The notes under the pieces are model-generated. The model saw nothing but the letters and a program-made list of their open reading frames with translations, searched no databases and was not told the DNA's origin. A stretch of DNA of 64,000 nucleotides from Bispira polyomma (lineage: Eukaryota). Position numbers and translations under genes: made by a program. This document shows, piece by piece, positions 48,701 to 60,592 of the stretch. The stretch is from positions 5,828,001 to 5,892,000 of the forward strand of contig OZ287758.1 of the NCBI GenBank assembly GCA_965649765.1. Direction: 5' to 3'. Position 1 is the stretch's first letter. Each line of letters starts with the position of its first letter.

Positions 48701-51700
48701 CCTTCTTGTTAATTCTACTACTATTTTGTCTTACTACACACGAGGTGTTTCTTTCTTTTCCCCGTTTTGTTGCAAATTTGTTGCATTCGAACTGCCTATG
48801 GGCAAAGAACTTTTTAGACAGACTAAAACAATAGGAGCAAGCATGTTTTGCCCAATTGCTACCTTCAGGATGGTCAGCCTGGTACATGCAAGTATTATTG
48901 TTGAATTGTGAATAAAGTACTTCTTTCTTGTTGTTTTGAGCACTATATTTCCCCCAATGTTGGTTGCCATTACTTTGAAATGTACGTTGAGTGCATCTCA
49001 TTCTGATTTTGTCTATGGACTCAAAATCATCCCAATTACATTTACCCCGCTCCATAGTCTGGAGTACCACGTTATGTGCACATTTTACAGTAGCCCAATT
49101 CGTCTCGATGGCATCCTGCATGAGCAATTTGAGATATTCTAACATGTTATCTTTGCAAGATTGAGTTTTTTCTTCTTGCAAGCAAGCTACATACCCGACT
49201 ATGAATTGGAATGGACTTAAATCCTCATATTGGGGGTTTTTACCATTTAGACCTGTATAGCAATACTCATGGGGCCAGGGGACCTCAATCTTACGTCTGG
49301 ATTTATTCACCCGAAATAAACCAGATTTCATATCTGTGTCTCGCTTTTTCCCTTGAAGACGAAGCAATTGTTGTTGCACCTGAGCTTGCACAAAGTCGTC
49401 CTCCCGTAGAAACTGGGCGTCCGGTAATATGCAGTCCTCCTCATCCGCCACGTGTGAATGAGCAAAAGTCCTTCTGGCATTTCTGTCCCGACAAACACGT
49501 TCACACCGGTGCTTCTGTTTAGGAGAACTATGAAACATTCCCACAGATTGTTCAAACGGAGCACTATGTAGTTTATCTTCAATACGTTTATTGTTCTCCT
49601 CAAGGGCCTGTATCTTAGCCAAGATTACTGCTAATTGATCCTCTCTCGTGGCACGTGGTGAAAAGGTCTCCACTCCCCCAACAGCTCCTGCTACAGAATC
49701 GTCGCTGGGCTGGTTGTCCCTTTCACCTAGTGGAGCAAAAATGTTGAGGCGACACTTTCTCCCAACAGGTCTTGCGTGCTTGGCTTCCTTCCCCAGTAGA
49801 TCACAACGTCGGCAAAAAAACATGGCCATACTGGAAATAATAACAATCTTCCTCCCCCGACAGCAGAACCTGGCTTGTTTGGAATATCAAGTAAATTCTG
49901 GTAAAATTTATAAAACACTTATAAAATTTGTCAACTTGATACTCTAGGTTATATTAAAGAGCAATTATGCCCAACAAGCCGCGTCCTGCTGTTAGAATTT
50001 GAAGACATTTTCCTTTGGAAGTCCAATCTCACACTGAAGTGATATTGTACAGCACTGACCAAGGATAACCCCTGACCCCTTACCACCAATCACATTATGC
50101 CACATTCACATTATATTTACTAGACCTTTACATTTTTCACCAAATGAATTACTCTAAGTCTGCACATGGTTTCAGGCCACACCAGCCTAATTCAACTGCA
50201 AGGCCATTTTAAACTAAATATTTGTTTTCTACTGACAAGTGGTTTTAACCACAAACATTATTACTTGCATTCAAACCCCAGAAGAGACTGTGTTAGTCTT
50301 ACAAGTTTTTATAACAGTTCAATGTAAAGATCCTACGGAGCCCCCTTTAGGACATCAATATTTTTTTTATTTTATTAAGTCGTAATCATAAGATGAAGTC
50401 TTACTCACCACTTAATATGTTGTGATCACAATATGAAGTCATGCTCAGCACATAATCTTGTAAGCACAACATATAATGAAGTGTTGTATGAATGACTGTA
50501 ACACTTGCATAATGAAAACCCTAAATGAGGCGGAAACCCATACTGGAGCAAACAACATCATCTCATGCCCACTAGCTAATTTTATTAAGCAGTGAGCACC
50601 AAATCATCTTGTGCTCACCAGATAATTAAATTAGGTGGTGAGCACCAAATCATCGTGTGATAACGGATTTATTTTATGATCACAAGAAAAAAGGTCTTGC
50701 CCACAACATCATCTGGTGATCACAAGATCATCTCAGGCTCACCAGATAATTTAATTAGGTCGTGAGCACCAAATCATCTTGTGATCACGAAATGATTTCG
50801 TGATCATGAGAAAATATGTCGTGCTTACAAAATTATCTTATGAGCATGACTTATTACATGTAATAAGAAAAAAAATATGTTAATGTCTTAATAGGGGCTT
50901 CGTTAGATCCAATGTAAGTTTTAGTGATTTTTTTTGTTGTTACTGGAAATTACTAAAAGTTGATTTTTCAACATACTTTGTCTTCATATTGAAATTTACA
51001 AATTAAAACATCTTTTTCTGGTATTTAAAGCTCTAATTAATCTTATCTTGATTGCCCAAGTATTGCCAACCACCAGCAGTACCTGTCATTCCCCTAACCC
51101 ACATTAAGTTGACAAAAAATGCCAATGAAATGAATATCGTCGCTGCTGCCAGAGCATGTGCACATATAATTAATTGGCCAGTGAATATTTTAACTTGAAC
51201 AGTATAAGACATAAATCATTTACCAAGATTTTGTAGTTTACAATAACCCAGTATCTGACCTGTACATATGCAAACCAAGAAGAACAATAATAAAAAAATA
51301 AAAAACAAATAACCCAGGATCCTTTAAAAACATTTCAGATTTAACTCAAATGAATGCATCATAGAAGTCTTGTAGTACCTGGGAATAATATAAATACATA
51401 AATATCTGTAACCATTGTTTTTTATTGTGCTAAATTAATTTATGATTTGCATATTATGTGACAAATTTCCAAATAAGAGTATTCTTTATAAATGTGAGTA
51501 GAGAGATGCACCTAAGATTGCCTAAGATTTGACCTTGATGACCATAGTATTCATTCAAGACTATGTAGAACTTTAAACATATTCTCCAAAGATCTCTTAG
51601 CTTAACATAGGCCCAACCTCAACTCATAAGGTCTCCCTATATCCACCGGCTATAGTCAGGTGTAAGGTAAAGTCTGACTATATATTTGAATTTAGCACTG

Positions 51701-53585
51701 GAAGCTCTATTAAAATGAGTGGACACTTCTGTAGCTTCTGTCCACATACAGCAATTCCACATAACCTTCAGCTAAGTTGAGTCTGAGATTCAGAGCTTGA
51801 GTTTCTTTGGAGAATGCAGACACTTGAGATATAGTTCTGTTGACTTTTTGATGTGTATCAATTCTAGGTCTTTCAACCTGGTGACTATGTCATCAAAGAA
51901 GGTGCGAGAGGAACCAAGATGTTCTTTATTCAGGAAGGCATTGTAGATATTGTTACCAAAAGTGGAGAAGTGGCAACTAGTTTGTCTGATGGATCTTACT
52001 TTGGAGGCATGTATTCCATATATTACTAATACTTTATGTGCCGACTAAAATGTAAATATAAAAATGTACGTAAATGTGTGTAGGTCTATAGTCTAAGATT
52101 ACCCCCTAGTGAGGTATCATCTAACTTTACAGTTTACACCCCCAGGTTGGGTTCTTCCACTTAATAAGCAAGGGAGCCATGCTGCAGAGGCTAACATCAA
52201 TTTGCCATTTATACACATTGGTGAAGACAAGTTTGTATAAAGTACGTTGTCCATGGGTACAATCTCCAGGCTTGCAGCAAGGATCAAAACTTATCCAAAA
52301 AGATCCAACTCAGCTTAATTACTAATGGTTTGCCCATGGGTAACATCGCCCAGTGTGTCTTCATCAAATTTCCATGTATTATGTTTTGTATATTCTACTA
52401 CTTCTTGAGTTAACTGAAGATAATACTAACTTATGTTTTATGAGGGGCCGCTATAGACTAGTGGCTAGAAGGGCCCTGCTTCACAATCACTGTTCTCTCA
52501 CCATTGTTGGTTCGAATTCCGTTTGTTGCTTCATGTGGGAAAGTTGCCGTAGGTCTGTGGTTTATAGTGATTTACGTGATCTCCCTTGGTCCAGTGATTA
52601 GTGAATTGGCCTGATAATCAGAAGGTCCCGAATTTTATTCCCGGTACTGACCGCTAGTTTCATTTGGTGGGATAACATCCTTGGGCAAGATGTGAACACA
52701 AGTTTTCCTAGTGGATCATATGACCACCTTAAATGGCGGTCCTCTGTCACTAAGTACTATCTCCAGTGGCAGATTAAAAATACTTGGGGACGATGGTCAT
52801 CCTGAAGCAAGCCTCGGCGCCCATAGTGGCTGCCTATGAGCATTTCAAATGACCCTAGATTATATATAACAAATGTCATATATATTTTATTTCATTTTAT
52901 AGTGCTTTAGCTCCTGTTTCTTCCACCATTGGACCTAACATGAAATTAAACAAAACGTATTTTATAAACACTATATTGTTCAAATAAAAAGATCCCTCTG
53001 CTTCCAAGCTAATGTGGATAATCCCACAGTACATTGTATCACAAATAACACAAGTACTGTATATTTTGTGTTTACAGAAATCTGTTTGCTCACTAATGCT
53101 AAGCGTGTGGCCAGTGTGAGGGCGGAGACCTATTGCTATCTCTACTCCCTGGCTGTGGATCACTTTAACGCTGTACTGGATCACTACCCAGTCATGAGGC
53201 GCACCATGGAGAGCGTCACTGCCGAGAGACTTAATAAGATCGGCATCAACCGCGAGATCATCAGCAAACGGGAGAACTTCGAGGAGGATATCAACACGGT
53301 CAATGAGATTATCATGGAGACGACTCCAATGGGCAGTAGCAGCAGCGAACTGTCTCTAACGAGCTCGGACAGTCGGCACAGTACACGGTGGAAAAAGAAG
53401 GCCAAAAAACACCACAAACACAAGAGAAAGACAACAGTCCGTGTAGTGGAGACAAACATTATTACACAGGAGTCAGAGAAGGGATCAAACAAGTGCTCGC
53501 GTTAAAAAAGTCCAAGTCGGCATCCTGTATGCTAGAACACTCCACGGTGAAAAAGGACGACCAACAACAAGATTCGCAACTCTAG
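42630..53585 (+). CDS. HCN: HCN (Ih) hyperpolarization-activated cyclic nucleotide-gated channel, 3' part only; join(42630..42734,51868..52006,53078..53505 or 53585)
   Basis: [137 protein letters not shown] is the invertebrate HCN C-linker end plus CNBD. It may be a decaying partial copy. Confidence 0.93.
44999..45982 (-). CDS. Tyrosine recombinase (YR) of the Ngaro element
   Basis: GFFRLSN (R), VKWHK (K), [12 protein letters not shown] (HxxR with H>Q), [12 protein letters not shown] (Y). Confidence 0.92.
   Translation of the reverse strand: MGNMLLNNADTRLHNALRPTTAAAYKGKFSFFIAFSIHCQVPIHSLDTVIMFLEYLVTQNNSASSLQNYVSVLKYYAQLHDLPHAHLAHKKISLFIKSVANNTPYKAKLKGVFSVTNILDISKQCDHIMHGNTYRAIFLMAYYGFFRLSNIVPNSMFGFDITRHFTVGDLIFTHPGVHVLVKWHKAMQAANQSQVVQLPSIGNAYLCPVTALKTLIQFHSLQQHQPLFVVSRGSYLLPVTAYKVSSTLPSILDKLDLPYASFGFQAFRHSGASFAFNHKVQMQNIKAHGGWRSDAIWHYLQSTLLAASVVPKAFQQHINIPTLGLGN
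46000..47998 (-). pseudogene. RT/RNase H (pol) of the Ngaro element, frameshifted near 46940
   Basis: ORF 46910..47998 has [37 protein letters not shown] and FGL. ORF 46000..47007 continues with NYIDD and RNase H motifs [21 protein letters not shown] and NQYADCLSR. Confidence 0.9.
47991..49829 (-). CDS. gag-like ORF1 of the Ngaro element
   Basis: 612-aa ORF with N-terminal CxxC...H...C, coiled coil, WPHEY motif, Cys/His cluster near aa 310-350, then an N/S/D-rich extension. Confidence 0.8.
   Translation of the reverse strand: MAMFFCRRCDLLGKEAKHARPVGRKCRLNIFAPLGERDNQPSDDSVAGAVGGVETFSPRATREDQLAVILAKIQALEENNKRIEDKLHSAPFEQSVGMFHSSPKQKHRCERVCRDRNARRTFAHSHVADEEDCILPDAQFLREDDFVQAQVQQQLLRLQGKKRDTDMKSGLFRVNKSRRKIEVPWPHEYCYTGLNGKNPQYEDLSPFQFIVGYVACLQEEKTQSCKDNMLEYLKLLMQDAIETNWATVKCAHNVVLQTMERGKCNWDDFESIDKIRMRCTQRTFQSNGNQHWGKYSAQNNKKEVLYSQFNNNTCMYQADHPEGSNWAKHACSYCFSLSKKFFAHRQFECNKFATKRGKERNTSCVVRQNSSRINKKVITRENNFNVIKQLQAKDNVCRKSDCLYSLSLTKSNVLDDNFENCFSINSCISSIDADSNVNSAIKLKVNSQAACLNGHNNGTNNGTNVFSQIYSCDQCQDSSVYNAGAINQVDRVVDTNVYMTNDWCKTERRISHYIVKNSQSDFKCDFTNCHFSVTCSQNTEVSTQNYNMLNNEFNYAYEGNVYPVSDLEYSSARILHDSTSLFEEDSIAHYSYVLHSNITFSNQLFHSHTQRV
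50329..50909. mobile_element. MITE with 9-bp TSD (Mutator-like by TSD length)
   Basis: TIRs GATCCTACGGAGCCCC / rc GATCTAACGAAGCCCC; flanks CAATGTAAA / CAATGTAAG; internal gtgagcac/gtgatcac repeats. Confidence 0.75.
51868..52006 (+). CDS. HCN: HCN exon (CNBD beta-roll), GC donor
   Basis: Acceptor attctag; 139 nt; only a donor at 52007 (GCATGT) restores YFG-EICLL. Confidence 0.92.
52588..52860 (+). mobile_element. tRNA-derived CORE-like SINE (inverted copy at ~55240-55437, fragment at ~36165-36280)
   Basis: tRNA-like head, CORE-like catccttgggcaagatgtgaacac, and body ggcggtcctctgtcact...ccagtggcag; the reverse complement is found at ~55240-55437. Confidence 0.7.
53078..53505 (+). CDS. HCN: HCN terminal coding exon (phosphate-binding cassette, C-helix, tail)
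   Basis: Acceptor ttttgtgtttacag; ORF 53014..53505; TAA at 53503, but coding-like sequence continues in the -1 frame to TAG at 53585. Confidence 0.92.
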
Positions 53586-54186
53586 CAAATGTAGAGTAGA
53601 ATGTATGCAGTAAAACGTTTGTTATCTGAACATGAGATTGGAGAACAAGATTTTTGGTTGGATAATATAGAAGCTAAGTAGTGAAATATAGAATAGCATA
53701 AATTTTTGAGGGTGAAAATGAGTTTGTAAAATTGAATGCAGCAGAATGGTCTATTATCTGAACTTTTGTTAACCAAATATATTTTTTAATGAACTTTTTT
53801 CCACTCTCCGCAAATTTGTTTTCCTATATAATATTGTTTTCCTATATGATAAAATAATTCTTCTATTCGATGAACCTTCGGATGATCTGATGAACAAAAT
53901 CAGGCTCTTTGCAACATGTTCTGATAATGGAGATTCTACTGTAGTTCAGATAATAGAGGTCTCTCTTCTGTGGATGTGTATAATTTTATACCTACATATG
54001 TATATATTTAGACACATCTATAAGAGCTCAACCACTACTTCGAGTAGCAGGTGATCATCGTTCACTGTAATACAGACAAGAGGTGCTGCCGTTAACCAAG
54101 CGAGAGCTATTCAATTGACACTTAAAGGAAGTAAGCAAGGCGGCTGAAATTTGCCGTCTGTCTAAACATTAATAATAAAAGAAATA

Positions 54187-54370
54187 CAGTGGAACTTCCA
54201 TTATCCAAACATGTCAGGACAACATTATGTTTGGATAATAGAAGGTTCATCAAAAAAAAGAGGCATTTCTGTATGAAACAATATGAAAAAAACAAATTTG
54301 GGAGAGTAAAAACGAGTTAATCAAATCAGTTATTTGGATAAAAAAAGTTTGGATAATAGAGGTTCTATTG
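54187..54370. mobile_element. pogo/Tigger-like MITE
   Basis: TA|CAGTGGAACTTCCATTATCC ... GGATAATAGAGGTTCTATTG|TA. Confidence 0.75.
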
Positions 54371-55239
54371 TATGCAACAAAATAACTAAAGGAAATTTTT
54401 TAGGAAGCTACTGAGGGTTTTTGTGTCAGGTGGGCGGAGTTGAGACATGCGGCAAATTATGGCAATCCTTACTTTACCTACATAACGGCCTACATTTATG
54501 TTATGTTTAATTCATTTTTTCAAAACATCGCTCGATTGTTAAACTTGTTATTATCAGTTGTGTGTATAGTGTTTATATAAAACGAGAAAATAATTGTATA
54601 GTTCCATCCCCTGGAACAACATCCATACATAATTTGTAAAGCGCCACGTTCAACGGGATCTGTCAAATTTTGGTAAAATGTTACCTTTAATGAATCTCCA
54701 TTATTTTACATATTTCTGTCAATTGTGTTATATTATTATTGTCTTTGTTCCCTGTTATTCAATCAAATGTCATTAAAAGGTTAAGTTTTGGTTGGAGTTA
54801 ATTTTACTTATCAAGCTCATATATTTTCTATTGAACCTCATTAAGAATAAAAAACATTTAATCTTAAGAATATTATTCATTTGACTCTTCAGACAAGTAT
54901 TATATCAAGGAACTAAACAAGTTCAAAAATACTGTAAACAGAATCAATCATTTTATTGATTTTGTTGTTCTGCAGTTTTTTGAAAATTATGTTTTAAATT
55001 ATGCACAAATAATTCAAAGTGAAAATATATTCCACTCATAAAGTGTTATGTAGGTTCAATATTTGTATAAGTAGGGGCTCTTTGTTATTAATTCATTTAG
55101 TATTTATTGTATTGTTGTGATCAGATTTATACTCAGCTCATATATCTACCTTCATCTGCTAGAGCACTAATTAACACTTTCCTGACTGTAACAGTCAACT
55201 GCCTCGGTTACTGTCATTCCCCTAACTGAAGAGAGAGGC

Positions 55240-55437
55240 TTGAGGATGACCATTTATCAACGTCCCCAGGGATCTTTAGGCTGCCACTGGGGATAGGACC
55301 CAGTGACAGAGGACCGCCATTTTGAGTGGTCATCTGCCACTAGGCAAACGTGTGTACACATCTTTCCCAAGGATGTTATCCCACCAATGAAACAAGTGGC
55401 CGGTACCGGTAATAGAACCTAGTACCTTCTGATCATC
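55240..55437 (-). mobile_element. CORE-like SINE, reverse copy of 52588-52860
   Basis: cagtgacagaggaccgccattt...cccaaggatgttatcccacca is the reverse complement of the 52665-52752 block. Confidence 0.7.
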
Positions 55438-57134
55438 TAATAAGTTAATAATAAGGGTAATAAGTACACAAAATTTGTATGAATTGGGATGTACATGTAA
55501 TCAATAAAATCAGTTAAATATATATATGTATTTTAAGTATTTGTGGTGTTATATATATGTGGAGAAAACAACTTTAAGTGTGTTTAGGGATACATTTTGA
55601 GATGGTTTAGTGCACAACCAAAGACTATATTATAAGCTCAATATTGAAACAAAATACAGGTACAGTGTACATGTATGAATGTCCTATGTATGCTGTATAT
55701 CTGGCATTGTGCAATAAAAAGGGTCAGAATATTATGTTTCTATACTAAAAAGACACCTATCATTGCTACACATAGAAACCTAATTATCCAAACACGTTGG
55801 GAGGCTCGTAAGTGATGAAATTCGATGTCAAACATTGAAACTATACAGACTATAGAAGTATGGATAAGGAATTGGCGGTACTGTGTACAGAGGCCGTATT
55901 CAGAAAAAGGTCGCAGTCCTAACTTAATCTCAAGCTTCAAATTGATGTCTAAAATTTTAAAGACTACCTACTGTTACTCTGTGTTGTTAAGAGCAAAATT
56001 AACACTAAGATTAAACATCTTTTCTCAATGTCACTGGGACTAAGACCAAAATCTCTACCTTAAGACAAAGTTAAGATTAAGACCATTTGTAAATATGGCC
56101 CAAGATCTACATATAGCCTCATAGTAGTAAGATGGACCTGTATGGAGATTTATCAACGTCATTTATACATGTAGTTTGTGTGAAACCTGTTTCCTACCAA
56201 GGGAGCAGTATCACTTGATATTAAAGAAAATAATTGCCATGTGACAGGTTCTAGGGAGATCTGGGGGTTCATTAATACACACACCACCACAGCCTGCAGG
56301 CTTTTCATGCAGACTCTCAACTGGCTTATGTGTATGTAAAATGTTAAAGTTTGAAAAGTTCAGTTTCTTGGCGAGATCTAGCTGACTTTGTTTTATTTTC
56401 ATTTTTTTTTTCTTTAGTTCTACTGTTGAGCGTAAAACTTCAGTATTATTACTTTCCACTTTAAACATTGTATTTTTTTTCATATGTCATATCGTATATC
56501 ATTAAACTAAGCAACATATCTATTAGTTTGCAAGTAGCAGGTGCTTCAGAGACCACATTTATCAAAGGTCTTTAACTCATTTTTAAGCTTAATAAACTAA
56601 AGTAACTAACATAATATATAAATAAGAGTTCCTTTTAAATTAAACGTAACCTAGAGGGCTGGATTTTGAGTTTTCTCCATCGCTGCCCCTATGTTATGCA
56701 ATAGACTCCCAGTTGAGCTTAGATCACTAGAAAACTAGAAAACACTTTCTGGTTAGAAGAAAATTTAAAACATATCTCTTTATATCCACACTCCATCCAT
56801 ACTCCATCTACACCTCACATGCTTCCTTACGACCTGGTTAAGATTTTTTGACTTCTCAATTGGTTGATTGATTCTACTGTTGCACTTTAGAAGATGCCTC
56901 GCTTCAATAAGGTCCGTTAAAAATGCAAAATACAAGACAATTTGTCGCTTGTGATTTTAATTGCGATTACAGCCAGGAGCTCAAATATGCAATTATCACT
57001 GTACATTTGTATGTAGAAATATACGCAGCAGATCTGCAATGCAGAAAATCATGAAGAAATACCATATAATGCTTTCCTCCACCAAATGAACTGCTTGTCA
57101 ATATATCAAAAAAAGTTGTTGAAAAAAGACGTTA

Positions 57135-57433
57135 AGGTCCATTCATACAGGACGCATCTGGATCGTAGATACGTATAATTTTGACACAAATAAAACAGGG
57201 TAAACATTGACACAGAATCCAGGTCCGACGATCCGTTCCATATAATATTTACACGGATTTGATTTATAATTTTTGACGGATCCATATCCTTACCAATCAC
57301 CTGCAAAGTACCTTGAAAATTTTACATGATTCGGGCCGCATTTTCTGTCCAGTGTAAGAAGGAAACAGATAATATCTGTTTTAGGATAATTATACGGATC
57401 CCGATCCGGATGCGGTCCAGTGGGTTTCTACCT
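57135..57433. mobile_element. Diverged Harbinger-like MITE
   Basis: aggtccattcatacaggacgcatctggatcgtagatacgtat vs rc aggtagaaacccactggaccgcatccggatcgggatccgtat; TTA flanks. Confidence 0.55.
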
Positions 57434-58814
57434 TTAAACTTAAAAGTAATCAAAGTGTATACAAAGATACACCACGGTATATTTTAAGCAATTTGTTGAG
57501 ATAAAGTTGAACACCTTTGATAAACATCATTGCTGGCATGTTTAACCTCATTGGCAATTACAGGGCAATTTATTAGGCCCAGTAAATGTCCATTGTATAT
57601 CGTGATATATAGAAAACTTATAATTGTTGGTATATCAAATTGATTTCAAGGCAAATATACTGCTTTTCAAGCTTACGTGATAGGTTAAAACACTATGTTA
57701 GTTCTGTGATGGTCATAGTTAATTTAATAATAAAACTGTTAAAAAGCAATGTATTGTGTATATCTTATATTTTAGTTTCAAAGCAATCACGTTGAATTAC
57801 TTTGAAATGCTGATCAGACAAGTTATAAACATATTCATGTAGTGTGATAGAAATATTATGTATGCTATGCATACATGTGCATTATGCATAGCACATCATT
57901 ATATCAGGAACTTTTTTTGTTGTACATTGGTAAAAAAATGAACCAATAAACTGTCATTTCTGTAATCTAGATAAATATGAATTTGTTTTATTATAGTTTT
58001 GTTTGCAAGTTAGTCCAATACATTTGAATAGTTTGTAGCAAAATTTAATCCATTTGACCTGCAATAAAACTATCGCCGGTAACTGAAGGAAGAATTTTTT
58101 CAGTAATAAGGTTACAGATAGCTGGAGTTACTAAAACATACTCCATAGAATACTTCCAGAATTTAATAATGGCCTTGCAGATAACAGGAGATTCTGCTGT
58201 ACTATTTCCTGTTGCGAGGACCTGAAGGAAAATAGAATAATATTTTGTAAGTACCAACAGGTTAAGGGAGTTATATGGTATGTTCGACAACCCTTGTGAG
58301 TTTGGTAAACACCACTAGTGAGCTCGTAAACATCAACAGTAAACGTTCTTGAGTTTGTAAACACACAAGGCGTGAATTTTTCTATATCCACATGGTGTTA
58401 ATATTTATAAAGTAAAAATGTGGCACATATAAATAAAAAGTTCAACCTGTTTTATTTAAATAAATTATAAGGGATAATTATGTTAATAATATTTGATATA
58501 AATAATAAAATAAATAATAAAACGCCAAGCATATCTCTTTAACCATATTTACTGGCAGCCATTTTTCTAGTATTCTCCGTCAAGGTCACAGATTGGGAGT
58601 ACTCTGGGAGCTTTCTACTCACAAGCTAAGTTTACCATATATGTGGCCGTTCTTGGCGTTATTCACACTTGGTTAGTTGGTGAGCACGACTCGTAAGTGG
58701 CTTAAGAACGGGTCATAAGAAACACTGTTGGCTGCTAGCTGACAACATAAGGCTCAAAAGGATTAAGCAAGGATTGGTGTATAGACTAAGTCATCCATAT
58801 TATTATTATTATAA

Positions 58815-59135
58815 ATTTTTAACATGGTTTATTGATGCTAGGCATCTTCTAAAGCACAACAGCATAATCATTGGTCCAATCATTAAGTCCATGGACATTG
58901 CAAAGTCGTAAGGAAGGAAGTGGGAGCGTGCACGAGGGAAGCTAAGGTGGGTAGGCAAGATTAAAAAGATAGGTTTTAAGCTTTTTCCTAAAACCGATAA
59001 GTGTGTCAACTGATCTGAGGTCAACTGGGAGACTGTTCCATAACTGTGGAGCTGCAGTGGAGAACGCTCTGAAACCCGCCTTTCTGATTGGTCTGACCGA
59101 AGTGACAGAGAGTCTGTTGCCTCTCTTGCGGTTAT
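58815..59135 (-). mobile_element. L2-clade LINE 3' end (tails of the same family at ~56820-56940 + and ~63825-63945 +)
   Basis: The reverse strand encodes AGFRAFSTAAPQLWNSLPVDLRSVDTLIGFRKKLKTYLF, the typical L2/CR1 ORF2 C-terminus, followed by the shared tail ttagaagatgcctagcatcaataa. Confidence 0.85.
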
Positions 59136-59940
59136 AATGCTAAAGTTTGTCTGACAAACATTTTACAAAACTTGAAGGCAATTGTTCAAACATTTATGTC
59201 CAACCATCAAACTTTAAAGTTGTAAACATTCACTAAGTTGATGGCAAGTTTGGTTATGTATCATATAAAGGAATGGTATAACAAAGTTATTCAACCAGCT
59301 AATTCATAGGAAAAAAACAACAACATTTGACTGAAGAAATCTAATTTATTAGACCAAAATTTTAGGAAAATATCACAATGTAAAAGAGAACATATTCAGT
59401 TTACTTGCCTGGGTACTTACATGTAACATCACAAGGTCAGAGAAACGGGTAAAATCTACAAATATATACTTAGATAAATTATAAAAAATGTATATAAAAA
59501 AGGGAGAAAGATAAATTATAAAAAATGTATATAAAAAAGGGAGAAAAATGATATAAGGAACTTAATCTATTAATGAAAAAAGTAAAGAAAAAGAAAGAAA
59601 ATAACATACATTAATGCATCAAGTCACATTCATGCATAATTAGTTGTCACATTCTAAAACTTCAACTAAAAAACAACTTCACACTGCTAACATATATACA
59701 TTATAAGTCCATATGCATTGCACCTCCTAATCTTTTAAAGATCGGGATAATTAGTCAACTGCCGTGTATACTATTGTCAGTACACATGCAATATTTGTGC
59801 ACATGCATTTTTTATGGCAAACTAGTAAGCCATCAGTAAAATTGCACTAGAGATGTTTTATTGCATTTTTTTACTTCGGGGGTGGGTTGGGGGGTGGTGG
59901 GGTGGGGAGGTGGGTGGGAGGGGGTGGGGGGGGGGGGGCA

Positions 59941-60592
59941 TAAGTCACTTTAACACATGTGCATGATTGGTGTATATATTTTGTGGATGCTCCTGCACTA
60001 GAACCCACATTCAACTATCACACACACATGTATCATCAGGGTTTATAAAGTCAATTACTCAGGATAAAAGTCACTTTTATACATGTGCATGATGTGTTTA
60101 TATATTTTGTGGGTGCTCCTGCACTAGAGCCCACATTGAAGCATCACACACACAGGTATCATCAGGGTTTATAAAAGTCAATTACTTGGGATAAAAGTCA
60201 CTTTTATACATGTGCATGATTGGTGTTTATATATTTTGTGGGTGCTCCTGCACTAGAGCCCACATTGAAGCATCACACACACAGGTATCATCAGGGTTTA
60301 TAAAAGTCAATTACTTGGGATAAAAGTCACTTTTATACATGTGCATGATGTGTTTATATATTTTGTGGGTGCTCCTGCACTAGAGCCCACATTGAAGCAT
60401 CACACACACAGGTATCATCAGGGTTTATAAAAGTCAAATACTCGGGATAATAGTCACTTTTACACATGTGCATGATGTGTTTATATGTTTTGGGGATGCT
60501 CCTGCACTAGAACCCACATTGAAGCAACACACACACAGGTATCATCAGGGTTTATAAAGTCACTTACTCGGTTACTCATAAAAGTCACTTTT
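59941..60592. repeat. ~125-bp tandem repeat, ~5 copies, preceded by a G-rich tract
   Basis: aagtcacttttatacatgtgcatgat...gctcctgcactagagcccacattgaagcatcacacacacaggtatcatcagggtttataaaagtcaattact. Confidence 0.95.

Larger units (their letters stand above)
43926..50257 (-). mobile_element. Ngaro-type (DIRS order) tyrosine-recombinase retrotransposon with split direct repeats, defective
   Basis: A1 49995-50257 matches A2 44521-44777 and B1 44777-45009 matches B2 43926-44158. Order on the minus strand is A1-gag-RT/RH-YR-B1-A2-(spacer)-B2. No TSD, and no methyltransferase-sized region after RH. Confidence 0.93.

Noticed and set aside
53500-53510. Programmed -1 ribosomal frameshift at TTAAAAAAG in HCN
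   Set aside because: The A-AAA-AAG heptamer overlaps and follows the zero-frame stop codon, so standard tandem slippage is not possible. An indel is simpler.
59877-59938. G-quadruplex-capable tract
   Set aside because: Simple G-rich low-complexity sequence with no linked feature to suggest function.
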